Origin: Eledone cirrhosa
Lineage: Eukaryota
Length of the DNA: 39,774 bases
Direction of reading: 5' to 3'
Assembly (NCBI GenBank): GCA_964016885.1
Contig: CAXHJY010001489.1
Span: forward strand, 1-39,774
Shown in pieces: positions 38,563 through 39,774 of this stretch; within the stretch, counting starts at the first letter, position 1; each line of letters starts with the position of its first letter. Position numbers and translations under genes: made by a program. Below the pieces are notes generated by a model. That model worked only from the letters and a program-made list of their open reading frames with translations, was not told the origin of the DNA and did no database searches.

Positions 38563-38853
38563 ATCATCTTGGTTAAGAGAGTGGGACTGGCTTTGTGCAG
38601 TGCCTTTGCTCACTATAAAAGCTTCACGGCACAGGCATTGCTTTATATCTGGAGATCTCTCTGCACAAGTCGTCACATGGTACCATGGGCCCAGCACTAT
38701 GTGTCAATAATTGTCACAAGTGTAGTGTTTGTACCAGAGTTTTCAAGTCGCTGGCTGGACTAAAAAGTCACACTCGTTCAGCGCATCGGTAGGAGTTCTC
38801 CTACATGGATATAAAGTAGTGGCCGTACTCGAAAACGAGTTGGCAGCCACCAT
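38563..38853 (+). mobile_element. Bipartite RTE element subfamily A, 5'-truncated copy 3
   Basis: Matches 33773-34064; intact CSVCTRVFKSLAGLKSHTRSAHR*; TATG flanks. Confidence 0.88.
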
Positions 38854-39214
38854 ATATGTATGTATCATTGTATGTATGTATGGATGTATGTATGAATGTA
38901 TGATTGTATGAATGTTATGTGTTTATGTATGTGTGTGTCTGATTATGCTTGTGTTTGTGTGTATGCAATGGTCAACAGTAACAACAGAAACTAATGGATC
39001 TCGCTGCTATAGGGACGGTGTTAGCCACATGCAGTGATGAGCCCTATGTGAAGGAATCTCTTTTTCAGTGCGTCTCCTTCGTTACACTCCGAGGTAATCT
39101 TTTCAGTATTACGAAGAAATAATGGCAACAGTGAAAGTGAAAACAAGTGGCAGCACACATGTTGGAGTCACCAATTAGTTAATAATAAATGTATTTAAAG
39201 AGTAGAATATGTTG

Positions 39215-39345
39215 TATGTGTTACAATTCATTCTTTGATTCAGCTGAGTAAACTGGAGCAAAGACACAACATACCGCTGTTAATCGAACTCACGACCTTA
39301 CGATTGTGATCCAAACGCCCTAACTACTAAGCTATATTCCTTCTC
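39215..39345 (-). mobile_element. Diverged CORE-like tRNA SINE
   Basis: CAGCTGAGTAAACTGGAGCAA...ATCGAACTCACGACCTTACGATTG...CCCTAACTACTAAGCTAT matches the reverse complement of 5985-6115. Confidence 0.65.
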
Positions 39346-39774
39346 GACTAATATATGCTTAATCTCACATATTTCTCCAATTTCCTTTAGATTTAGTCGA
39401 ATTGTTGAGGTAGTAATTATTGAAGAATCATACAAACAACATCGCTCAAAGCTGAAGTTACAATTGATTCGAAGGTATGAGAAACGATAATTTGTGTGTT
39501 ATACGAAAAACGATAATTCAAGAAATTTCAAATCCAGTCTGCAAGATAATCAACAGTACACGAGATTTTAAAATGATAACATTTTATATATGGAAACTAG
39601 TATTAGTTTGGAATGTTTCATCTGCTGAAGAACATAGTTTTTTATACGTTTTGCTTAGACCACAGTAAGGAAATTACTAAGCCTGAATTTTTCACTTCAC
39701 GGACCACGCTCATCCACTCAAAATTACGTTACAACCCTTTTCACCTTTTTGGATATTTCCACAACGTGGCTGCG

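Overview
AT-rich, microsatellite-saturated animal genomic DNA with no confidently identifiable host gene. The repeat content resembles a cephalopod (Octopus-like) genome; this is an inference from SINE types and composition. Almost all non-microsatellite sequence is transposon-derived. Autonomous-type elements: a near-intact 5'-truncated CR1-group LINE inside a very large (TA)n/TG array, a near full-length decayed R4/Dong-clade RLE retrotransposon plus a second 3'-end copy (both in (CATA)n), and a decayed Rex3/Expander-like RTE. Non-autonomous elements: six copies from three subfamilies of a bipartite RTE derivative (5'UTR fused to a C2H2-coding 3' end with a covarying 3' stem-loop), nearly all sitting in TATG tracts; tRNA-derived SINEs (one nested, with a TSD); hAT, Tigger and mariner MITEs; and a non-autonomous Helitron. 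The most interesting signals are several minimal Penelope-type hammerhead ribozyme candidates (two inside a ~385-bp palindrome) and an apparent community of microsatellite-targeting retroelements. The long YIYI/HTHT ORFs are microsatellite artefacts.
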